DNA of 60,381 nt from Flavobacteriales bacterium (GTDB lineage: Bacteria; Bacteroidota; Bacteroidia; Flavobacteriales_D; Parvicellaceae). A program made the translations under genes and the position numbers. Below are positions 8,933-17,666 of the stretch, in pieces. The notes beneath the pieces are model-generated. The model searched no databases. It was not told where the DNA came from and worked only from the letters and a program-made list of their open reading frames with translations. Numbering within the stretch: the stretch's first letter is position 1; every line of letters starts with the position of its first letter. The stretch covers positions 1 to 60,381 of the forward strand of contig JAQWRG010000025.1 of assembly GCA_029243855.1 (NCBI GenBank), in the 5' to 3' direction.

Positions 8933-10321
8933 ATGAAAAAAATCAATCTCTATTGGTTGTTAACTTTTTTTCTTTTTCTAATTATTTTCCTTCCTTCTAT
9001 TTTAACGGATGGCATGTTTTTAGATGGTGTTACCTATAGTGCCATTTCAAATAATCTTGCTAATGGACACGGTGATTTTTTCAATCTTCACTATACAAAA
9101 ACCATACATGCAAAATTTCATGAACACCCTCCTTTGGTTTTCATCATTCAGTCCTTTTTTTTTAAGGCTTTTGGGTCTAGTTTTTATACCGAAAGAGTTT
9201 TTGGTTTATTTATAAGCTTACTGACTGTTTTTGGAATTGCCAAAGTTTGGTGTTTGTTTCATGATAAAGAACAACAAAAATTTAATTGGGTTCCGATTGT
9301 AATATGGTTGTGTGTGCCTTTAGTAATGTGGTCTTACAGAAACAATGTTCTAGAAAACACCATGGGGGTATTTACTTTATTTGCAAGTTTTTTCATCTTG
9401 AAATCCTTAATCAATAACTCATGGGGTTATTTGGTTTTTGGGGGGGTATTCATTGTTTTTGGCGGCTTATCAAAAGGGCCTGTTGCTTTTTTTCCTCTTG
9501 TTATCCCTTTTATTTATGGCTTATTATACAAAACTAAAAACTATTCATTATATAATTCTTTTGCTCTTTTTGGGGTGGTTATTTTAATTGGTTTCGTTCT
9601 GTTTTTACTTTTTCCTGACTTATATAACAATATAACGCTATATTTAAACAAGCAACTTATTCCGTCAATTAACAACAATAGAGAAGTTACAACTGCTAAT
9701 CGTTTTTATATTCTTTTAGTTCTTTTAAAAGAGCTACTTTCTCCTATTTTTGCCTTAAGTTTTATTGTTGCTTTAGCGCATTTCAAAAAGATAAAATTAA
9801 CCCTCCCCAAACAAACCATTTTGTTTGGTCTCATAGCTTTAGCAGCTTCTGTTCCTTTAATTATTTCTTTTAAACAACGTGATTTTTATTTAGTTCCGAC
9901 TATTCCTTTTTTTGCCCTTTCAGCTGGTTGCTTTTTGATAAAGCCAATACGATTATTAACTGCATTAATTTCACAAAGCTTTTTGAATTGGACTAAAAGA
10001 ATTGTTGTTGTTTTATTCATCTTTTTTGGTGGCTTCGTTTTTATTTCTCAAAAAGGCAACTCTAGAGATAAGGTTTTATTGGAAGATGTTTATAAAATTT
10101 CATCAATAATTCCAGAGGGTTCAGTAATTTCAACTATTAAACAAATTCAAACAAACTGGCTTTTAATAGCTTATTTGAGTAGAATTGGATATATAAGTTT
10201 AGATGATAAAAGGCAACATCAATATCTTTTAACAAAAAAAGAAGAAGGCTGCCCAAAAGGGTATGTTAAAATAGGTGTTGATCTTGAGTTGTTTTATTTA
10301 CTGAAAAGGGCTTCATTATGA
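8933..10321 (+). CDS. GT-C fold glycosyltransferase (family 39 / ArnT-PMT-like)
   Basis: About 12 hydrophobic segments. N-terminal loop DGMFLDGVTYSAISNNLANGHG resembles the ArnT/PMT_2 first periplasmic loop. Soluble C-terminal region of ~90 aa. Confidence 0.6.
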   Translation: MKKINLYWLLTFFLFLIIFLPSILTDGMFLDGVTYSAISNNLANGHGDFFNLHYTKTIHAKFHEHPPLVFIIQSFFFKAFGSSFYTERVFGLFISLLTVFGIAKVWCLFHDKEQQKFNWVPIVIWLCVPLVMWSYRNNVLENTMGVFTLFASFFILKSLINNSWGYLVFGGVFIVFGGLSKGPVAFFPLVIPFIYGLLYKTKNYSLYNSFALFGVVILIGFVLFLLFPDLYNNITLYLNKQLIPSINNNREVTTANRFYILLVLLKELLSPIFALSFIVALAHFKKIKLTLPKQTILFGLIALAASVPLIISFKQRDFYLVPTIPFFALSAGCFLIKPIRLLTALISQSFLNWTKRIVVVLFIFFGGFVFISQKGNSRDKVLLEDVYKISSIIPEGSVISTIKQIQTNWLLIAYLSRIGYISLDDKRQHQYLLTKKEEGCPKGYVKIGVDLELFYLLKRASL

Positions 10322-10473
10322 AAAATTTGCTTTCTGATCCAATAAATGGGCTACTAAAAAAAGCTTTTACCAACATTAACACTCCTGAATCCACTAAATA
10401 AAACATCTGTATTCGTTTAGCATCTCAAGTTGTTATTGTTTTATATCTTTATTACAATTCAAAATTAGCTCAA

Positions 10474-11592
10474 ATGAAAAAAGCGCTTTTTCTTCTTTTT
10501 TGTTTCCCTATATTTATTAATGGGCAACAAACCATAAATGGAACCATAAATCACAACAACATAACTAGAGAATACATTCTATATGTTCCAGCATCGTACA
10601 ACCCAAACAATGCCGTTCCGTTAGTTTTTTGTTTTCATGGTTATTCTAGCAATTCTAACGCCAATTTTGCATACACTAATTTTAAAGCTATTGCTGATAC
10701 TGCAGGGTTTATTGTAGTACACCCACAAGGAACTTTGGACAACACAGGAACCACTCACTGGAATGTAGGAGGGTGGACGATTGGGAGTACTGTTGACGAT
10801 GTTGGTTTTACCTCGACTTTATTAGACTCCATTTCATCGGCTTATAACATTGATGCCAACAGGGTTTACAGCACGGGAATGTCCAACGGTGGATATATGA
10901 GCTTCCTTTTAGCTTGTCAATTGAACGACCGTTTTGCTGCTGTTGCTTCTGTTACTGGGTCTATGACACCGCAAACTTTTACTGCGTGTAACCTTGTTCA
11001 TCCTACTCCTATAATGCAAATTCATGGAACAGCGGATGCAACCGTGCCTTATGCTGGTGATCCCTCGTGGACGCTTTCAATAAACAATGTTTTACAGTTT
11101 TGGTATGGATATAATAATTGTAATTCATCGCCCACTACGACACCTGTTCCAAATACCAATATTATGGACGGCAGCACTGTTGAACAAATTACTTATTCTG
11201 GAGGTGATAACGGGTCAAGCGTAGAGCACTTTAAAGTTATGGGTGGTGGTCACGATTGGCCAGGTGTTTTTGGTAATATGGATATGAATGCTACCATAGA
11301 AATTTGGAAGTTTTTTTTAAAATATAATTTAGCTGACCTCTCCTCGGTTCTTTCTGTTGAAGATAGTCAGCTTGGGAAGCTTTTGTGTCACCCAAACCCC
11401 GTTTCAGGTTTCCTGACTATTGATAATAAATTTACTGATTCTACCCCTATATCTATAAACAACCTACTTGGTCAGCTTGTTTATACTGGCTTTATAAGTG
11501 AAAACGATAATCAAATCAACGTTGAAAGCTTATTGCCAAACGTATACTTTGTTAGGGTTGGAGAAGAGGTGGTTAAGTTTATAAAACTATAA
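10474..11592 (+). CDS. Secreted PHB-depolymerase-family esterase (LpqC/CE1-like) with T9SS type A CTD
   Basis: Signal peptide. Motifs VFCFHGY, GMSNGG nucleophile elbow, HGTADATVPY. C-terminal CHPNPVSGFLTI...VYFVRVGEEVVKFIKL sorting domain. Confidence 0.75.
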   Translation: MKKALFLLFCFPIFINGQQTINGTINHNNITREYILYVPASYNPNNAVPLVFCFHGYSSNSNANFAYTNFKAIADTAGFIVVHPQGTLDNTGTTHWNVGGWTIGSTVDDVGFTSTLLDSISSAYNIDANRVYSTGMSNGGYMSFLLACQLNDRFAAVASVTGSMTPQTFTACNLVHPTPIMQIHGTADATVPYAGDPSWTLSINNVLQFWYGYNNCNSSPTTTPVPNTNIMDGSTVEQITYSGGDNGSSVEHFKVMGGGHDWPGVFGNMDMNATIEIWKFFLKYNLADLSSVLSVEDSQLGKLLCHPNPVSGFLTIDNKFTDSTPISINNLLGQLVYTGFISENDNQINVESLLPNVYFVRVGEEVVKFIKL

Positions 11593-12072
11593 ACACTTAA
11601 AATATTCAAAAGGCTCGAAGCACTCTTTACAAGTATACATTGCTTTACAAGCTGTTGAGCTAAAGGAGCTCACTCGATTAGTATTTGTTGAATTACACCT
11701 TGGGCAAACAACTTGTTTTGGAGCTCCTAAGATGGCGTTTTTATCTGTTGTTTTAAATTCTGGCGGAGCTATGCCGTATTTTTTTAATTTCGTTTTTGCT
11801 GCATTGCTTAACCAATCTGTTGTCCAAGCAGGATCGTATTGTGTTACAATTTCGTAATCGTTAACTTCTAATGTTGTCATTACTTTTTTGATGTCGTCTT
11901 GAAACCTGTCCATTGCTGGACAACCTGAATATGTTGGAGTAATTGTAATAATTGTTCTACCGTTTTTGTTAGATACGTCCCGTAAAACCCCCAGCTCTTT
12001 TATGGTGAGTACGGGTATTTCAGGATCTGGAATAATGGAAAGCTCCTGTTTTATTTTTTTTATGTCGTGCAT
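11587..12072 (-). CDS. PaaD-like protein (DUF59 Fe-S-assembly-type domain plus C-terminal zinc ribbon)
   Basis: DPEIPVLTIKELGVLRDV and TPTYSGCPAMD (DUF59 core). C-terminal CPRCNS...CKECFEPFEYFK. No paaABC genes nearby. Confidence 0.6.
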   Translation of the reverse strand: MHDIKKIKQELSIIPDPEIPVLTIKELGVLRDVSNKNGRTIITITPTYSGCPAMDRFQDDIKKVMTTLEVNDYEIVTQYDPAWTTDWLSNAAKTKLKKYGIAPPEFKTTDKNAILGAPKQVVCPRCNSTNTNRVSSFSSTACKAMYTCKECFEPFEYFKCL

Positions 12073-12115
12073 ATGCGATTAACCCAAAAATATAGGTTTC
12101 TAAATTAAAAAGCAA

Positions 12116-12928
12116 TTAGGACCATTTAACTGATGGGGGCATTGACATAAGAATGGCTTCTGTGGAACCTCCTGTTTTGAGCCCAAAAAGAGTTCCCCTG
12201 TCCCAAAGTAGATTAAATTCCACATATCTTCCTCTTTTAAGTAGTTGTGCTTCTTTTTCTTTTTCTGTCCACTCTTTATTCATGTGGTTTTTGACAATAG
12301 CTACCATTGCTTCATGTGTTTGTTTTCCCACATCTTTAATAAACTCAAAATCTTTTTGCCAGTCTCCTGTATTTAAATGGTCGAAAAATATTCCTCCTTC
12401 TCCCCTAGCCTCTTTTCTATGTGGTAGATAAAAATATTCATCGCATTGTTTCTTAAAGTCTGGATAATACCCTTTGTTGTGAGGATTGCACGCTTCTTCC
12501 ATTTTTTCATGGAAATATTTTGTGTCTTCTTTATTTACAAATGTTGGGGTCATATCAGCTCCTCCTCCGAACCACATATCTCCAGTAACTAAAAATCTTG
12601 TGTTAAAGTGAAATGCTGGAACTAATGGTGAGTTCATGTGTGCAACTAAGCTTATTCCTGAAGCCCAATAGTTAGGAGAGTTTTCTGTTCCTTTTATTTT
12701 AGTTTTATATTCTTCGCTGAATTCCCCTGAAACAGTAGATATATTTACGCCTACTTTTTCAAATACTTGGCCGCTCATAATGCTCATCTCTCCTCCTCCT
12801 GAGCCTTTGTGTTTCCATTTTTTTCTTTCAAATGTTGAAGTGTCTAGGTCTTGGAAAGATTGACAAATATCGTCTCTCAAAGATTTAAACCATTTTGCTG
12901 CGAGTGCTTTTTTTGTTTCAATATCCAT
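12116..12928 (-). CDS. hemF: Oxygen-dependent coproporphyrinogen III oxidase
   Basis: GGGADMTP and RGEGGIFFD motifs. Length and N-terminus (WFKSLRDDICQSF) are typical of HemF. Confidence 0.85.
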   Translation of the reverse strand: MDIETKKALAAKWFKSLRDDICQSFQDLDTSTFERKKWKHKGSGGGEMSIMSGQVFEKVGVNISTVSGEFSEEYKTKIKGTENSPNYWASGISLVAHMNSPLVPAFHFNTRFLVTGDMWFGGGADMTPTFVNKEDTKYFHEKMEEACNPHNKGYYPDFKKQCDEYFYLPHRKEARGEGGIFFDHLNTGDWQKDFEFIKDVGKQTHEAMVAIVKNHMNKEWTEKEKEAQLLKRGRYVEFNLLWDRGTLFGLKTGGSTEAILMSMPPSVKWS

Positions 12929-12933
12929 TGTGC

Positions 12934-13374
12934 TTAGATTTTATTATCCTCTATAATCCACTCTGCATAACTGTTTGCTGTTTCTCTTAAAAAACCTTTT
13001 ACTAACCTTGCTCCTTTCGGTTCGAGTGAACGAAGAATGTCCACAATTTCTATTAGCATATTTTCACAGGTTGGTTGGTAATTCACAAACCTTATTCTTT
13101 GGTTGATTGGCGCTATCTCTTTAAACCTTGAATCTTTTCTTAAAATCAACCTGTGATCAAATAGCGGCAGTATTTTTTCTTTTACAATGGCTTTTACATC
13201 ACCAAAATCTACAACCATTCCACAGTCTGATGATTCCTTGTCTTTTTTTGGTTTACCAACATAGGTGACCATTAGGTGATAGCTGTGTCCGTGAATGTCT
13301 TTACACTTTCCTTCATAACCATCCAGGGCGTGTGCTGCTTCAAAATTAAATTGCTTGGTTATTCGAACATTCAT
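12934..13374 (-). CDS. queD: 6-carboxytetrahydropterin synthase (queuosine pathway)
   Basis: 146 aa with FEAAH...CKDIHGHSYHL zinc-binding His motif of the PTPS/QueD family. Confidence 0.85.
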   Translation of the reverse strand: MNVRITKQFNFEAAHALDGYEGKCKDIHGHSYHLMVTYVGKPKKDKESSDCGMVVDFGDVKAIVKEKILPLFDHRLILRKDSRFKEIAPINQRIRFVNYQPTCENMLIEIVDILRSLEPKGARLVKGFLRETANSYAEWIIEDNKI

Positions 13375-13506
13375 CGGGGTTAATTTTATGTAAAAATAAG
13401 ATTATATGTTTACTATTTTTGTTGCTAGATGTGTTTTAAGATTTATTGTGATTGATTTTGGCTCATATCGAAGATTTTGATGTAATTTTATCTCTGTTAT
13501 ACTCGA

Positions 13507-16500
13507 ATGAACTCTTTTGACCAATTAATATCACAATTAAATAGGTTTAGTAAAAAATACCACGCCATCTCTACAGTAAGAGGGGTGTTGGTTTTTTGTT
13601 GCTATTCTATAGTTTTATTGGTTTTTGTTGGTTTACTAGAGTTTCTCCTAAACTTTTCGTCAACAGGAAGACAAATGCTTTTCATTGGTTTAGTGTTGAT
13701 TCTTTTTTCGTTTTTCTCTTCTGTTGTTTTAATTCCTTTCTTTCGTTTTTTAGGGTTGCTAAAGAGGCTAGACCATCAATCTGCAGCAAAATTAATTGGA
13801 GATGAAATTTCTGAAGTAGGCGACAAATTATTAAATACTCTTCAGCTTGCTCAGAAAGAAAAAAACTACAATTCTTCTCAACTTTTATTGCTATCGGCCT
13901 CTATCAATCAGCGAGCAGGTGAATTAAGTTCTTTTTCTTTTTCTGAAGCTTTATCATTTAAAAAAAATAAAAAATTCCTCTTGGCTTTTGTTTTGCTTTT
14001 GTTTGGTTCTTCTATTGGTTCTTTTTTAAAACCTAATGTTGTCTTTTCTCCTTTATCTCGTGTTATAAATTATAACGAGGCGTTTTTACCTAGCATACCA
14101 TTTGAGTTTATAATAAACAATAATGAAAATATAAAGGTTCTAGAAAATGATGATTTAAATATTGTAATTAAAACAAAAGGTGAAACGGTTCCAAACAAAG
14201 TATACATATACAATCAAGATCAGCGACTCTTACCTATTAATAACGGCAATGGCTTGTTTTCTTATTCTTTTAAGAACGTACAAAAGGACTTTTCTTTTTC
14301 TGTGAGTGATGATGATTTATGCACAAAAAATATTGCTGTTTCTGTGCTTCCAAAAGCTAAGCTAAGCGGCCTTAGAACAATTTTATCATATCCGAAATAT
14401 ACCAAACTACCTAACGATACTATTTATGATTTTAGTGGCTTTGAGGTTCCGTTTGGAACCACCATGTTTTTTCGTTTTATAACCAGAAACACTTCTGTTT
14501 TTAGCGTCCGTTTTGTCGATTCCGTTTATACGTTTAATATCGCTAATGAAAACGAATTTTCATTTAAATATTTACCCCGGAAATCACAAGATTTTTTAAT
14601 TACAAACCAAAATAGCTTTTCTGAGTTTTGTGATAGTAACAAAAGTAGTCTTGTGCTAATAAAGGATGAGTTTCCAGAAATTGAAGTAGATGAATTTTAC
14701 GACTCGTCTTTTGCACTTCAAAAGTATTTTAATGGTAAAATCAATGATGATTATGGCATAAGCTTATTAACATTTAATTATGAGTTAAACCAAAAAATAG
14801 AAATTGTAAACGTGCCTATAAAGTCAACTGGAATTAACTTTTTTTCTTTTGATTTTAATTTTCAAAAAATAGCGCATGAATTGGGGGAAAGTTTTTCATA
14901 TTATTTTGAGGTTTGGGACAACGATGTTTTAAATGGTCCTAAAAAAACTAGATCAAAAAAAATGGTGCTAAAAATTCCAACTAGCAAAGAACAAAACTTG
15001 GCAGACAAAAAAGCAAGGGAAAACACTGTTGAATCGTTTACCAACATAGAAAAAGAGGTGGAGTCGTTAAAAAATGAATTGGAAAACATAAAAACCGATT
15101 TATTAAGTAAAAAGGAAATGAACTGGAACGATAAAAACAGGATAGAAAACTTTTTAAAACAACAGCAGAATCTTCAAAAAAACCTTGAAAACCTTCAAAA
15201 GGATATGGCTAAAAAAGTTCAGCAATCTCAAAAAAGTAAAGAAATTTTAGAAAAACAGCAGCTTTTAGAGAAAATGATGTCGGAGCTTATGTCTGAAGAA
15301 ATGAAAAAGCTTTATGAGGAAATGAATAAACTCATGAATGAAATGAATAAAGATGCATTATTAGATAAAATAGACGATGTTGAGATGAGTCAAGAAAACC
15401 TTTTAAAGGAGTTGGATCGCTCTCTTGAGCACTTTAAAAGATTAGAGGTTGAAAACAAAGCTGAAAAGTTGGCTGAAAAAATACAAGAGTTAAGTGCAAA
15501 ACAACGCGACTTAGGAGAAAAAACGAAAGATAAAAATGAATCGTTATTTGATCTAACCAAACAACAGAATAAGCTTCAAGATGACTTCTTTGAAATTCAA
15601 AACGAACTTTCTGAGTTAGAAGAAATGAACAAGGAGTTAGAGGCTCCAAAAGAACTAAATAAAGAAGAGGCTGAAAAGGGTATTAATGACGATATGAATA
15701 AAAGCGAGAATGAATTAGAAAATGGTAAAAGAAAAAAATCTAGCGAAAGTCAACAAAATGCTGCCGACAAAATGGATGATTTAGCCTCTTCTCTTAATAA
15801 AATGTCGAGCTCTTCTGATCAACAAGAAGAAGATGCAGATGCGCTGCGACAATTGTTAGAGAATCTACTTACTTTTTCATTGGAACAAGAGGTTTTACTA
15901 AAAGAGCTTAAAAACCTTTCTAATCAAGATCCTAAATACATTAGTGTTGGGCAAAACCAAAGAAAATTAAAAGACGATGTAAAAATTATAGAAGACTCAT
16001 TGGATGCCTTAGGAAAGCGTCAAATTATGATTAGCAACAAATTAAATACGGAGGTGCAGCAAATTAAAAGGTCTCTAAATTATAGCATTAAAAACATTAC
16101 TGAGCGTAAACAAGGGGTTGCTAGGTCAAATCAGCACAGCGTAATGATGCACACCAATGAACTTGCGTTGTTATTGAGTGAAATGTTAAAACAAATGCAA
16201 AACAACATGCCTGGTACAGGAAAGTGCAACAAGCCTGGTGGTAAAGGAAAAAATCCAGGAAAATCATTGGCACAAAATGCTGAGCAATTAAAAAAACAAA
16301 TTGAGCAAATGAAAAAAATGCTCAGTAACCAAAAAGGGAAGGGAAAGTCCAACTATGAACAGCTGGGACGATTAGCTGCCGAGCAGGCAATCATAAAAAA
16401 ACAATTAATGGAATTGGCTCAAGAATTAAACAAAGACGGTTCTGGAATGGGCAATGGAGTTCAAGAAATGATTAAAAAAATTGAAAAAACAGAAGAAGAA

Positions 16501-16779
16501 ATAATTGATAATAATTTTGATCTGTCTTCTATAGTGCGTCAAGAAGAAATTAAGGTTAAACTTCTTGAATTAGAAAAAGCCCTTAAAGAACAAGATCAGA
16601 AAAAAGAAAGGGAAGCAAAAGAGGGTGTAAAAAAAGAAGAAGAAAATTTTAATAATAAATTTGAAGATTATCAGAGGTTAAAACAAAGAGAAATTGACTT
16701 GTTAAAAACAATACCACCAAATTTGAAACCTTATTACAAAAATAAAGTAAATGAGTACTTTAATTCAATAGAAAATTAA
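13507..16779 (+). CDS. Large membrane-anchored coiled-coil protein (DUF4175-like)
   Basis: Two N-terminal TM segments, a ~350-aa beta-rich region, then >500 aa of K/E/Q/N-rich heptad-like sequence. Family name comes from memory of Flavobacteriia annotations and is unverified. Confidence 0.5.
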   Translation: MNSFDQLISQLNRFSKKYHAISTVRGVLVFCCYSIVLLVFVGLLEFLLNFSSTGRQMLFIGLVLILFSFFSSVVLIPFFRFLGLLKRLDHQSAAKLIGDEISEVGDKLLNTLQLAQKEKNYNSSQLLLLSASINQRAGELSSFSFSEALSFKKNKKFLLAFVLLLFGSSIGSFLKPNVVFSPLSRVINYNEAFLPSIPFEFIINNNENIKVLENDDLNIVIKTKGETVPNKVYIYNQDQRLLPINNGNGLFSYSFKNVQKDFSFSVSDDDLCTKNIAVSVLPKAKLSGLRTILSYPKYTKLPNDTIYDFSGFEVPFGTTMFFRFITRNTSVFSVRFVDSVYTFNIANENEFSFKYLPRKSQDFLITNQNSFSEFCDSNKSSLVLIKDEFPEIEVDEFYDSSFALQKYFNGKINDDYGISLLTFNYELNQKIEIVNVPIKSTGINFFSFDFNFQKIAHELGESFSYYFEVWDNDVLNGPKKTRSKKMVLKIPTSKEQNLADKKARENTVESFTNIEKEVESLKNELENIKTDLLSKKEMNWNDKNRIENFLKQQQNLQKNLENLQKDMAKKVQQSQKSKEILEKQQLLEKMMSELMSEEMKKLYEEMNKLMNEMNKDALLDKIDDVEMSQENLLKELDRSLEHFKRLEVENKAEKLAEKIQELSAKQRDLGEKTKDKNESLFDLTKQQNKLQDDFFEIQNELSELEEMNKELEAPKELNKEEAEKGINDDMNKSENELENGKRKKSSESQQNAADKMDDLASSLNKMSSSSDQQEEDADALRQLLENLLTFSLEQEVLLKELKNLSNQDPKYISVGQNQRKLKDDVKIIEDSLDALGKRQIMISNKLNTEVQQIKRSLNYSIKNITERKQGVARSNQHSVMMHTNELALLLSEMLKQMQNNMPGTGKCNKPGGKGKNPGKSLAQNAEQLKKQIEQMKKMLSNQKGKGKSNYEQLGRLAAEQAIIKKQLMELAQELNKDGSGMGNGVQEMIKKIEKTEEEIIDNNFDLSSIVRQEEIKVKLLELEKALKEQDQKKEREAKEGVKKEEENFNNKFEDYQRLKQREIDLLKTIPPNLKPYYKNKVNEYFNSIEN

Positions 16780-16786
16780 ACAATAT

Positions 16787-17203
16787 ATGCCTAACGCTGT
16801 TGATTCTGTTTTAAATTCACTCTCATTAAGTTCAGAGACGAAAAGTTTGTTAATACTTGAAAAGTGGATAAATAAACTTTGTGAAACCCACTCTATTAGC
16901 TCTGAAAAATATGGTAATATACTTATTGCCGTCACAGAAGCTGTTAACAACGCTATTATCCATGGAAACCTTAATGTGATTAGTAAACAAACTGTTGTTT
17001 CTTACGATATAAGTGAAAAAACACTCTCCTTTTTTATTAAAGACGAGGGTTTTGGTTTTGATTTTAACAATCTACCTGACCCAACAGATCCTGAAAATAT
17101 TGAAACCCCTGATGGAAGAGGCATCTTTTTGATGCGTCACCTTTCAGATGACGTTGTTTTTCATAATGAAGGCTCTTTTGTTGAGATTTTATTTAATCTT
17201 TAA
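16787..17203 (+). CDS. HATPase_c-type ATP-binding protein (anti-sigma regulatory factor / RsbW-SpoIIAB-like Ser kinase)
   Basis: N box EAVNNAIIHGN, G1 DEGFGFD, G2 DGRGIFLM. 138 aa. Confidence 0.7.
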   Translation: MPNAVDSVLNSLSLSSETKSLLILEKWINKLCETHSISSEKYGNILIAVTEAVNNAIIHGNLNVISKQTVVSYDISEKTLSFFIKDEGFGFDFNNLPDPTDPENIETPDGRGIFLMRHLSDDVVFHNEGSFVEILFNL

Positions 17204-17211
17204 TCGTTCAA

Positions 17212-17628
17212 ATGGGGGTTTTGTTTCATTCTGATGGCGTTGGCTTCAGCATAAGCAATCCTGAAAAGTTAAATACCTGGCTTATTAAGTGCCTTTCTTG
17301 CTTTAATAAAAACTGTAGTGAAATCAATGTAATTTTCTGCAATGATGATTATTTACTATCAATTAATAAAACCTATTTAAATCACGATTACTACACCGAT
17401 ATAATAACTTTTGACTATTCTAAAGCCGGTGGTGTTTCTGGTGATTTGTACATTTCCATAACAAGAGTTGAGGATAACGCAAAAAAATTAAACATTGAAT
17501 TTAATGACGAGTTATATCGAGTAATTGTCCATGGTGTCTTACATTTGTGTGGATTAAAAGATAAAACTAAGCAAGAAAAGGAAATAATGAGAGCCAAAGA
17601 AGATGAAATGCTTTTGTTAATGTCTTGA
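17212..17628 (+). CDS. ybeY: rRNA maturation endoribonuclease YbeY
   Basis: VIVHGVLHLCGLKD zinc-binding motif. The third His of the canonical HxxxHxxxxxH is not at the expected position. 138 aa. Sits upstream of mnmG. Confidence 0.85.
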   Translation: MGVLFHSDGVGFSISNPEKLNTWLIKCLSCFNKNCSEINVIFCNDDYLLSINKTYLNHDYYTDIITFDYSKAGGVSGDLYISITRVEDNAKKLNIEFNDELYRVIVHGVLHLCGLKDKTKQEKEIMRAKEDEMLLLMS

Positions 17629-17645
17629 TTATCAGTTTTTTATAT

Positions 17646-17661
17646 TGTTCCACGTGAAACA
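17646..17661. promoter_or_regulatory. parS: parS (ParB-binding centromere-like site), perfect consensus
   Basis: TGTTCCACGTGAAACA matches the canonical tGTTNCACGTGAAACa parS exactly. It ends 5 nt before the mnmG ATG. Confidence 0.8.
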
Positions 17662-17666
17662 TTTAG

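Noticed and set aside
11587-12072. PaaD-like gene as evidence for a phenylacetate catabolic pathway
   Set aside because: No paaA/B/C/E or other paa genes are adjacent. The domain combination (DUF59 plus zinc ribbon) also occurs as a stand-alone Fe-S-related protein.
13375-13506. Possible preQ1 riboswitch in the queD leader
   Set aside because: Reverse-complement reading shows no preQ1-type stem-loop followed by an A-rich tail. The region is simply AT-rich.
17212-17628. YbeY lacking the third His of HxxxHxxxxxH (HGVLHLCGLKDK) as a possible inactive enzyme
   Set aside because: From memory, a similar ...LHLCG.KDK variant is common in Bacteroidota YbeY sequences. Without an alignment I cannot claim it is unusual.
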